A stretch of 64,000 bases of DNA from Candidatus Izemoplasma sp. Lineage in GTDB: Bacteria > Bacillota_I > Bacilli_A > Izemoplasmatales > Izemoplasmataceae. The notes beneath the pieces were generated by a model, which had not been told where the DNA came from, did not search any database, and saw only the letters and a list, made by a program, of their open reading frames with translations. Each line of letters starts with the position of its first letter. The first letter of the stretch is position 1. The DNA lies in the NCBI GenBank assembly GCA_036172455.1, contig JAXKVY010000005.1, positions 1 to 64,000 on the forward strand, written 5' to 3'. This document shows positions 1-7,752 of this stretch, piece by piece. Both the position numbers and the translations under genes were made by a program.

Positions 1-131
1 CTTACCTCTATTATACCATTTATCAGTGCTTATCCCTAGTTTTACTTATCCACGTGGATAACTTAAAACTCCCCATTAAAAAAGTACCTGATTTTCATCA
101 AGTACTTTGTCAACAGTCTGAAAGGATATCA

Positions 132-647
132 CTAGATATCCTTTTTTGTTACTTTATATGCGATTTCATTACGTCTGAAAATGCTAGGCACCATTGGTGG
201 CTGATACCGAAATAAGAAGCGGTTAGAAAGAAATTTGTTATCATTATCTTGTAAATAGATTTTAAGCTCTTCATCATGTTTATCAAAGTTTTTATCAGTC
301 CATTTACCCCGAAAACGGATAACAGCAAATAAAGAAGATTGTTCTGTATCTAAGAACACCTTGTCACTTAGATGAGTGGGTATATTAGCTGTGTTCTTTT
401 TAGGAATATAGAACCCAGTAACAAGCTCGTTATCTTCTTCATATGTAACGACAGGCGTTGTCACACTTATTTTCGTGTCTTGATCATTGTCACCAGAAAT
501 ATAATTAAAGACATTGTTAAACCCAGAATCTTGTTTATTATTTTTATGTGTCTTAGTACTCGCTAAGATAAAATCATCATACTCTCTAATTTCAATTTTG
601 CCATCTTTTTTTGTGCATTTATATGGTATACTTTCAAATAATCCCAT
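132..647 (-). CDS. SOUL/HBP heme-binding family protein
   Basis: C-terminal ...YQPPMVPSIFRRNEIAYKV matches the SOUL-family C-terminal signature (YNPPF..RRNEV). Start moved to the 2nd Met (MGLFES), which is preceded by AAGGGGTGA. Confidence 0.5.
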   Translation of the reverse strand: MGLFESIPYKCTKKDGKIEIREYDDFILASTKTHKNNKQDSGFNNVFNYISGDNDQDTKISVTTPVVTYEEDNELVTGFYIPKKNTANIPTHLSDKVFLDTEQSSLFAVIRFRGKWTDKNFDKHDEELKIYLQDNDNKFLSNRFLFRYQPPMVPSIFRRNEIAYKVTKKDI

Positions 648-762
648 GTTATCACCCCTTATAGTATACCACAAATACTTGCATGTGATAAAGTAAGATA
701 AGTGATATTGATTATAATTAATGGTATAATAATGTATTGTATAAAAAAAAGGAGGCGATATA

Positions 763-1659
763 ATGCAAGTTGGTGTTATTGGACTAGGAAAGATGGGATT
801 AAACTTATCATTAAATATGGTAGACCATGATGTTAAGGTGTTTGGGTATGATTTAAATATAACTGATGAAATGAAACAAACACATGATCAAATACAGTTT
901 AGTGAATCATTAGAAGAGCTTGTTAAATCATTGAGTAAACCCCGTATCGTATGGTTAATGGTCCCTGCAGGAGAAGCGACAGATACCGTTGTTGACAGTA
1001 TGTGTCGATTACTTGAAGAAGATGATGTTGTTATTGACGGCGGGAATTCACGCTACACAGATACTCTAGAACATTATAAGAAATTAAAACATCAAAATAT
1101 TCATATGTTAGATTGTGGCACTAGTGGTGGTACATATGGTGCACGTCATGGTGCATGTTTAATGGTTGGTGGCGAACGTGAAATTTACGATCGAGTCGAG
1201 CCATTATTTAAGGCGATTGCCATTGAAGATGGCTATGACTATATGGGTAAAAGTGGTGCTGGACACTATGTCAAAATGGTTCATAATGGCATTGAATACG
1301 GAATGATGCAAGCGATTAGTGAAGGGTTTGATGTATTAGAAGCTAGCCAATACCAACTCGATTATGAGGCAGTATCGAAGGTTTGGGCGCATGGCAGTAT
1401 TATTGAGGGATTGCTTCTTCGAATGGTTGAAAGTGCCTTTAAAAAAGATCCTAAGTTAACAGCTATTAAAGGACGAATAGATGATAGTGGAGAAGGGAAA
1501 TGGACTGTAGAAGAAGCGTTGAAACTTGATGTCAGTACACCAGTTATCGCGCAATCATTATTTACCCGGTATAAATCACGTGATGAAAAGCGTTTTGCAG
1601 AAAAGCTGATTGCTGCTATGCGAAACGAGTTTGGAGGGCATAAGGTGTATAAGGAATGA
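763..1659 (+). CDS. 6-phosphogluconate dehydrogenase (decarboxylating)-like, short form (YqeC-type)
   Basis: N-terminal Rossmann motif VGVIGLGKMG; about 300 aa, the short 6PGDH family. AAAGGAGG RBS and an extended -10 TGgTATAAT lie upstream. It overlaps the zwf start. Confidence 0.8.
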   Translation: MQVGVIGLGKMGLNLSLNMVDHDVKVFGYDLNITDEMKQTHDQIQFSESLEELVKSLSKPRIVWLMVPAGEATDTVVDSMCRLLEEDDVVIDGGNSRYTDTLEHYKKLKHQNIHMLDCGTSGGTYGARHGACLMVGGEREIYDRVEPLFKAIAIEDGYDYMGKSGAGHYVKMVHNGIEYGMMQAISEGFDVLEASQYQLDYEAVSKVWAHGSIIEGLLLRMVESAFKKDPKLTAIKGRIDDSGEGKWTVEEALKLDVSTPVIAQSLFTRYKSRDEKRFAEKLIAAMRNEFGGHKVYKE

Positions 1660-3023
1660 AACAAGCATTAATGGTTTTTGGGTCGACAGGGAATTTAATG
1701 TATGAAAAATTAGTTCCCGCAATTGATCAATTATTAAAAGAGCAACATATTGAAAATGAGCTTGTAATATATGCCATGGGAAGACGCGATTGGGATAGCG
1801 ATGATTATTTTAATGATATTAAGTCAAATACGGATAATGATATTGATTGGGCAGCGATTGAAAAAAGACTAAAATATATTAAGATTGATGTCAAAACAGC
1901 TGAGGATTATAGCCGTGTCAAAGAAACAGTTATGGCGGATGGTATTGAAGACTTAACCGTTTATTTAGCTGTGCCACCATATTTGTTTCCAGTCATTTCT
2001 AAAGGTATATGTGAGTCTGGTCTCGTTGAAAAAGGTGATATATCAAACCGCATAGTGTTTGAAAAGCCATTTGGAGAAGATTTAGATAGTGCTAGATCTA
2101 TTAACAAATCATTATGGGAGTATTTTGATGAAAAGCAAATCTATCGAATAGACCATTATCTAGGTAAAGAGATGATTCAAAATATTTTAATGGTTCGGTT
2201 TGCCAATAAGATATTTGAACAAGTTTGGGATCAAAAAGCAATTGATTATGTCATGATTATCGCAAAAGAAGAAGAAGGGGTATTAACACGAGGTGCTTAC
2301 TATGATAAGATCGGTGCATTAAAAGATATGCTTCAAAGTCATTTATTACAAATGGCCGCATTGGTCGGAATGGAACCCCCTAAAAACTATGATTCGGAAG
2401 CTATTAAGAATGAAAAAGTTGCCGTATTAAAAGGGTTAAAAATGGCACCCAAGGATATACTATTAGGGCAGTATCAAGGGTATACAGAAACAGATGATGT
2501 GGATAATGACTCAAATACAGAAACACTTGTTTTTGCGGAAGCATCAATTGATAATGCTAGATGGCGCGGTGTACCATTTTATTTCTTAACCGGAAAAGCG
2601 TTAAATGAAAAGCGGAGTGAAATTATTGTTCAATTTAAATCAAGTGATACAATCAATCAGTTATGGCCTGGTGAAAAAGCTAAAGATAATCGATTGAAAA
2701 TAGAGGTAGCACCAAATGAGGGTGTCGTCTTCCAATTCAATGTTAAGAACCCTGGACTATCAGAGAAGATTGTTCCAGCAAAACTTGATTATTGTCATAG
2801 TTGTCAAGCTATGGAAAACACACCAGAGGCATATGAACGTCTCATCTTGGATGTCTTAAATCATAACAGAACGCTCTTTACACGTTGGGATGAAATTGAA
2901 ACAACATGGAATATTATTGAAAAAGCAAGTAGACGCAGAAATCAGTTATTTAAATATGCTTCGTTTGAGGAAGTTAAAGAAGAAATTATTCATCAGTATG
3001 GAGAAGATTTCTATGATTTATGA
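1656..3023 (+). CDS. zwf: glucose-6-phosphate 1-dehydrogenase
   Basis: FGSTGNL N-terminus and the RIDHYLGKE active-site motif; 455 aa. Confidence 0.9.
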   Translation: MKQALMVFGSTGNLMYEKLVPAIDQLLKEQHIENELVIYAMGRRDWDSDDYFNDIKSNTDNDIDWAAIEKRLKYIKIDVKTAEDYSRVKETVMADGIEDLTVYLAVPPYLFPVISKGICESGLVEKGDISNRIVFEKPFGEDLDSARSINKSLWEYFDEKQIYRIDHYLGKEMIQNILMVRFANKIFEQVWDQKAIDYVMIIAKEEEGVLTRGAYYDKIGALKDMLQSHLLQMAALVGMEPPKNYDSEAIKNEKVAVLKGLKMAPKDILLGQYQGYTETDDVDNDSNTETLVFAEASIDNARWRGVPFYFLTGKALNEKRSEIIVQFKSSDTINQLWPGEKAKDNRLKIEVAPNEGVVFQFNVKNPGLSEKIVPAKLDYCHSCQAMENTPEAYERLILDVLNHNRTLFTRWDEIETTWNIIEKASRRRNQLFKYASFEEVKEEIIHQYGEDFYDL

Positions 3024-3627
3024 TATTTCAATGTTGATTCACGAAGACATGCAAGTCTATAAAAATAAACCAGAGAAGGCCCCTAAAATAACGGTTGATG
3101 GCACACATCAAACAAGTAGTGCTCATGAGTCTCGAATTGAGATGAATCTTCATACAGGAACACATATGGATTTCCCTTTACATATGATTCCACAGGGAAA
3201 AACATCCGAAACGGAACAATTAAAGCCATTAATTGGCCAGGCAAAGGTTTTTGATATGACACAATGTAAAGACCATATTGGTCTAGATGATGTCAAAAAG
3301 CTCAACATTAATAAAGATGATTTTATTCTCTTTAAAACACAAAACTCAATGACAGATGCGTTCTTAATGGAGTTTATCTATGTCAATGAAGCAGCAAGTG
3401 AATATTTAAAGAACCAACAGATTCGTGGTGTCGGAATAGATGGTCTTGGAATTGAACGTGCACAAAAAGACCACCCAACTCATAAAATCCTACTTGGTGC
3501 TGATATCATTATTATTGAAGGGCTTAGGTTAAAAGACGTTCCTGAAGGTGATTATCAATTGTACGCATTACCACTTAAAATTAAAGATGTCGAAGCATTG
3601 CCATTACGGGCAATTCTCATCGATTAA
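3013..3627 (+). CDS. cyclase family protein (kynurenine formamidase-like)
   Basis: HTGTHMDFPLH metal-binding motif of putative cyclases. The track ORF started at 2890 inside zwf; the start is trimmed to the in-frame ATG at 3013. Confidence 0.7.
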   Translation: MIYDISMLIHEDMQVYKNKPEKAPKITVDGTHQTSSAHESRIEMNLHTGTHMDFPLHMIPQGKTSETEQLKPLIGQAKVFDMTQCKDHIGLDDVKKLNINKDDFILFKTQNSMTDAFLMEFIYVNEAASEYLKNQQIRGVGIDGLGIERAQKDHPTHKILLGADIIIIEGLRLKDVPEGDYQLYALPLKIKDVEALPLRAILID

Positions 3628-3630
3628 GAA

Positions 3631-3658
3631 AAGCGTTGCTCGTACGAGCAACGCTTTA
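3631..3658. terminator. bidirectional rho-independent terminator between convergent genes
   Basis: 12-bp perfect stem AAGCGTTGCTCG/CGAGCAACGCTT with T-rich flanks on both strands. Confidence 0.7.
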
Positions 3659-3660
3659 TT

Positions 3661-3960
3661 TTAAATCATGATACCAAGTAATTCATTAATCTTTTTCATT
3701 TTGCGTTTTATTTTGCGACTATTCCAAAAGGAATGTTTTAAGTGTTTCTTAATTTGACGGAGTAGTTTATAAACTTTTTTCAACTTGCGTTTGTTAATTT
3801 GTTTATTATTGTTGATGGAGTATTCAACGTTTTCTTTTAAATCATTCAAAGAGTCTTTAAATTTGTCTTTATTGGTACTACTTGCGACACGATCAAGTGC
3901 ACTTGCTAAATCATGTAAGTTTTCAATTGTTTTACGTCTTTTATTATCTAAATCAGCCAT
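3661..3960 (-). CDS. small basic coiled-coil protein (operon member 4 of the TIR/SPFH locus)
   Basis: About 99 aa starting at MADLDNK, with an AGGTGA RBS 5 nt upstream. The C-terminus is extremely K/R-rich (KKHLKHSFWNSRKIKRKMKK). It overlaps the stop of the upstream SPFH gene by about 10 nt. Confidence 0.5.
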   Translation of the reverse strand: MADLDNKRRKTIENLHDLASALDRVASSTNKDKFKDSLNDLKENVEYSINNNKQINKRKLKKVYKLLRQIKKHLKHSFWNSRKIKRKMKKINELLGIMI

Positions 3961-3968
3961 ATTGTCAC

Positions 3969-4844
3969 CTATAAATCCTTTCCGCATTTACTGCAGAAGT
4001 TGGCTTCTTTAGGGTTAGGATGACCACATTTGTTACAGAATACTTTATCCGTTTGAGGTCCTTGGTTAGGAATTTTAGCATCCTTTTTTATTTCTTTTCT
4101 GACCCCTTTACGAAGTTTTTTATTGTCATTAAATTCTGTATTATTTAAAATACTTTCTTTTTTTACATCCTTGAGTTTTTCAAGAAACGCTTCATCATAA
4201 TAAAACCGTTCAATAAAGAATTTGTTTAAGGTTACTCCATACTCAGTAAAAACAGGGTTTAGTAGTTCTTTTAATTGATTTGCAATCTCTTTTTCTTTAG
4301 TTGTAATAATTTGGATATCATCAAGGCCATATTTATTTTTGAGAAAGACCTTTGCGATGGTATTTCGAATTTCTTGATTAAGTTCACTTTTAAAGAAATC
4401 TTTTACCATCTCTTGTGTTAACTCTTGATGAGACCCTTGCACTTTTGAAAAGAGCTTCATTGAATTATCAATGGAGAACTTGTATGATCCATTTGCGCCG
4501 ACATCTGTGTGCATATCATATTTTTTGTCATAGACATCAATTTTGTTTGGCGTACCCCATTTGTTCTCAAGTTGCGCGGTCCGATTAATGTAGTAAATGT
4601 TACAATCAGTGATTGTCTTTTCTTTCTTGAGAAGTTTACTGAGGAAACCTGTGCCTTTAGTATTGACGACATAATACTCTTCACGATCATCAAATGCGCC
4701 TAAAAAAGCCCCTTTTCTTAAGAAAATTATGTCACAATCTTTACGAGCATAAATTTTAGATTTCTTTGTTAATGTTGTGACATCACTTTTCCAAATGACT
4801 GCCTCAGGATGTCCTTTAAATATGACTTCTGTACGTTTTGCCAT
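3969..4844 (-). CDS. SPFH/band-7 domain protein with C-terminal double zinc ribbon (YdjI-like)
   Basis: N-terminal and central similarity to the B. subtilis YdjI type (SPFH Band_7_1). The C-terminus FCNKCGHPNPKEANFCSKCG parallels YdjI NFCPNCG..ANFCPNCG. Confidence 0.6.
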   Translation of the reverse strand: MAKRTEVIFKGHPEAVIWKSDVTTLTKKSKIYARKDCDIIFLRKGAFLGAFDDREEYYVVNTKGTGFLSKLLKKEKTITDCNIYYINRTAQLENKWGTPNKIDVYDKKYDMHTDVGANGSYKFSIDNSMKLFSKVQGSHQELTQEMVKDFFKSELNQEIRNTIAKVFLKNKYGLDDIQIITTKEKEIANQLKELLNPVFTEYGVTLNKFFIERFYYDEAFLEKLKDVKKESILNNTEFNDNKKLRKGVRKEIKKDAKIPNQGPQTDKVFCNKCGHPNPKEANFCSKCGKDL

Positions 4845-4846
4845 AA

Positions 4847-5668
4847 CTATTCCTTTTCCTCTCTAGCTTTTAAGCTTTTAATTTTATTTTTAGCATGTGT
4901 ATTAATGTGTTTACTTAATGCAGGATGACTGTCTTTAAACTGTTTAACAGGTAATCTTGAAATACTCTTTCTTTTGTTTATTAACCCATATAGCCCACCA
5001 ATTGAAGCAATTATGATCAGATATTCTTGTGTATTAATGACTTGGTTAATCAAGGGGCTTGATATTTCTAATATGCTATTTAGTGCGTATATACCAAATG
5101 TAATAGCAAGAAATAAAATGGCGTAAGATAAAAAGTGCTTAAAGAGTAATGTAAGGTATGAAAAGATAATATTTGATACCCTGTATTGCGGATATTTAGT
5201 TTTAAGCATATAAGGATGTTTTACTCCCTTAAACGCTGATTTTGGAATGGTTAAATTCTCGAAATTATCAGGGTATTCTTTTTCCAATAATTCTTTTGTC
5301 CCTTCATTGAGATGTCCTTGATCGAGTGTTTCAAAGATGTCAAGTGCTTCTTGAGTAGTGAAATCATCTGTCAAAAGGTATTTTTTGTGCGTTTCATAAT
5401 ATATCCAAAAGATTATGAATTCTAATGTCTTTTTATAATAAAATTTAACCGGATAAGAAACATCATGTACACGTTTTGATAAGTATAGACCTTCAGTTAA
5501 AGCATCTTGTAATGCTTTAGAAAATTGGTTCACATCACCATTAGAAGCGATTTTGCTCACAACATCTTGAAAAGAGATTTCTGTTGCATCGTCGTTTATG
5601 ATTTCACCACAATTGTCACATATGATAGTGATACCATTTAAGGTTTTTTCACAACTGGGACACTTCAT
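4847..5668 (-). CDS. zinc-ribbon membrane protein (YdjH-position analog)
   Basis: N-terminal CPSC-x10-CDNC zinc ribbon and two C-terminal hydrophobic helices. Its ATG overlaps the TGA of the upstream gene (ATGA). Confidence 0.5.
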   Translation of the reverse strand: MKCPSCEKTLNGITIICDNCGEIINDDATEISFQDVVSKIASNGDVNQFSKALQDALTEGLYLSKRVHDVSYPVKFYYKKTLEFIIFWIYYETHKKYLLTDDFTTQEALDIFETLDQGHLNEGTKELLEKEYPDNFENLTIPKSAFKGVKHPYMLKTKYPQYRVSNIIFSYLTLLFKHFLSYAILFLAITFGIYALNSILEISSPLINQVINTQEYLIIIASIGGLYGLINKRKSISRLPVKQFKDSHPALSKHINTHAKNKIKSLKAREEKE

Positions 5669-7623
5669 GATGTCTCCCCCCTTAATGATAAATTAATCCG
5701 GTGTTTCTTTTTACGCTTTTTATGACGACAATGCATGAGCAAATCGATGACCAAATCATGTGTTTCATCAAGTTCAAATAACTTTTCAACAAGTTGAGAT
5801 TCAAGTAACTTATAGCGCTTTTTCTTACGAAGTTTAGCAATCGCTTTGTATAAATCAACTGTATTATTCACCTTCATACTAGCTAGTAGTAAGTAAAGAT
5901 ATTTTTTATTGCTAGTGTTATCGTATTTAAAGAGTTCTAAGGTGAGGCTGAGCGCTTCTTTATAGTCTTTATGTTCGAAGGCAATTAAGATTTCTTCATG
6001 TAAATGAGTGACTTTAGTTCGGTTTTCTTCAAGTGTTTCTGTGGTTTCTTTTTGATGTGCTTTAAACTTTACTAAGTAGTTTGTAATATATTTTGGAATA
6101 TGACTTCGATTAAAATCAGGGTGTTCCTTAATGCTTTCCATATCATCAAAGAGTGGTGTCAATTGATCGAAGTTGGGTGTGTCTTTATTCAGAGATTCAT
6201 TTAGTTGATCATCGGTATCAAACGCATATTTAATCAATAATTTGTTCCATGTATTTAAGATATGACGGTGACATTTTACATCAATATAGCTCTCTTTATG
6301 TTTAGGATTTAGCCGTGGCATATTGATATAATGCAGTAATTGTTCATATAACGCATCTTCAAAGGGTTTTATTGTTTTAGGATAATGTCCATCAACAAAT
6401 GGCGTATATTTTTTATACTGTTGATAAGCAGATTGTTGGTAACACGCCATGAGTTTATCTAGGTTTTCATCCTTTTGTGTAAAGGTATGAAAGACCTCTT
6501 CACTAGAAAATTCATTTTCTGCCAAAAAGAGTTGAAACCAAGCTTCTTGAGCGTTAGGTTTTAGGCTGAGGGCTTCTTTTGTCGTATCTATTGCGTCTTG
6601 ATAGTTTTGGTTTATAAGTTCAATATGACTTCTATTTAACAATTTGTCATATTCGTCTAATTGTGTTTTTTGACGTTTTTCTTGGGAGGTCGTGGTTTTT
6701 AGATTTGCTTCTTGTAAGCCATGATAAATGCGTTGTTTTAATTCTTGTAAAGCGCCATCAATATCAGTTGTAGCATCTATCCATTTAAATCCATCAAAGA
6801 AGTACTTAAAAGTTGATGTATGCTTAGTATCATCTATTTTAAACTCTAATCTGTTTTTCTTTAATTTCATAGCGATATCAAGTTCTTTACGAACATCTTG
6901 GCTAAGCATGGCACTTTCTGATGTTATCACTAAAAAGATATTTGCTTTCGTAATGGCATCTTCAATATTAGACCAATAATTGTCATTATCATTTGGTCGT
7001 AAATTCCTAGATGATATCCAACAGGTATAACCATCTGATTCTATAACATCCACAACGGTGTTCGCAATATCTTGTTCGGTCGAACGATAGGAGATAAAGA
7101 CATCTCTAGGAATGGAAGCATAATTTTCTTCTTCAATAATCTTTTGGTTGTATACCCGTTCGTATTCTTCGAGCTTACTGGGCATATTCGATTCTATAAA
7201 CGACATCACTAGTTGTTTATCTCGTAAATCACTATACGTAATCATATGATCAACGATTTTGGTGATATCAGTTTCTATCGTAAATGCATTTTGATTATAA
7301 AATTTCAATAAATAACGTCTAGCTCCAAATTTATAGTTGGCATAGGCATAGTAATAGGTAGCCAAAGTATCTTTAGGAATCAGACGTAAAATTTCTTTTG
7401 TGAAATGTAAGATATTTTTATGGTCATCAACTTCAACAGCACGGTTTAAATTATCCCTAAGTTTCGAAATTTGTTTGTGTTCTTTGGTCCCTTTTAGAGC
7501 GAATTCGAGACCATTGCTAACTAAAAATGTTGAGCCACAAGCCTCACACTTTTGGGTGGTTTGTTCATGATCAATCTCAATTGAACTACCACATGATGTA
7601 CATACGATCTTTGTTAACTCCAT
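5665..7623 (-). CDS. zinc-ribbon / TIR-domain / TPR-like helical protein
   Basis: The N-terminus CTSCG-x14-CEACG is a zinc ribbon. Residues about 174-300 (nt about 6724-7104) read DVFISYRS...CWISSRNLRPNDN...IFLVITSESAMLSQDVRKELDIA, a TIR fold with a conserved Glu. The C-terminal 350 aa are helical repeats. Start is set at MELTK, with a GGAGG RBS. Confidence 0.65.
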   Translation of the reverse strand: MELTKIVCTSCGSSIEIDHEQTTQKCEACGSTFLVSNGLEFALKGTKEHKQISKLRDNLNRAVEVDDHKNILHFTKEILRLIPKDTLATYYYAYANYKFGARRYLLKFYNQNAFTIETDITKIVDHMITYSDLRDKQLVMSFIESNMPSKLEEYERVYNQKIIEEENYASIPRDVFISYRSTEQDIANTVVDVIESDGYTCWISSRNLRPNDNDNYWSNIEDAITKANIFLVITSESAMLSQDVRKELDIAMKLKKNRLEFKIDDTKHTSTFKYFFDGFKWIDATTDIDGALQELKQRIYHGLQEANLKTTTSQEKRQKTQLDEYDKLLNRSHIELINQNYQDAIDTTKEALSLKPNAQEAWFQLFLAENEFSSEEVFHTFTQKDENLDKLMACYQQSAYQQYKKYTPFVDGHYPKTIKPFEDALYEQLLHYINMPRLNPKHKESYIDVKCHRHILNTWNKLLIKYAFDTDDQLNESLNKDTPNFDQLTPLFDDMESIKEHPDFNRSHIPKYITNYLVKFKAHQKETTETLEENRTKVTHLHEEILIAFEHKDYKEALSLTLELFKYDNTSNKKYLYLLLASMKVNNTVDLYKAIAKLRKKKRYKLLESQLVEKLFELDETHDLVIDLLMHCRHKKRKKKHRINLSLRGETS

Positions 7624-7711
7624 AGATAAATCCTCCCTAATATAAAGAAAAGAGCGACGAATCACTCTTTTAGATTGTATAAGTATTATGTCATAGCGTT
7701 CCCTTGTTAAA

Positions 7712-7741
7712 ATTATATCACAAGCAACCTAATCATTTCAA
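7712..7741 (-). promoter_or_regulatory. sigma-A type promoter of the TIR operon
   Basis: Minus strand TTGAAA - 17/18 nt - gTGaTATAAT (extended -10), about 90 nt upstream of the MELTK start codon. Confidence 0.5.
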
Positions 7742-7752
7742 AACTATTTTTC

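Noticed and set aside
46-61. DnaA-box palindrome as chromosomal origin
   Set aside because: It is a single site. There is no dnaA or dnaN, and no cluster of boxes or AT-rich unwinding element. Housekeeping genes continue on both sides.
1362-1664. Antisense or embedded small ORFs from the track (for example 1362-1664, 4457-4693, 13153-13494, 16217-16468, 37884-38183, 38238-38597, 44641-44880, 45223-45532, 56450-56671, 62287-62478)
   Set aside because: Each lies inside a well-supported, homology-backed gene on the opposite strand or in another frame. None has an RBS, and their composition is typical of antisense frames in AT-rich DNA.
2890-3012. 5' extension of the cyclase-family ORF, overlapping the last 130 nt of zwf
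   Set aside because: There is no RBS, and it lies wholly inside zwf in another frame. An in-frame ATG at 3013 gives a homologous start (MIYDISMLIHED) next to the zwf stop.
3661-7623. Classification of the TIR locus as Thoeris or another named TIR system
   Set aside because: There is no ThsA-type SIR2/SLOG or macro-domain protein, no STING, no NLR/STAND ATPase and no cyclase partner in or next to the operon. The architecture, a Zn-ribbon-TIR-repeat protein with an SPFH module, does not match any named system I can recall. I therefore report it as a candidate and not as a known system.
5665-7665. Longer N-terminal start (MIRRSFLYIREDLS) for the TIR protein
   Set aside because: Those codons cover the GGAGG RBS and the leader hairpin. 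MELTK at 7623 has correct RBS spacing, and the zinc ribbon begins right after it.
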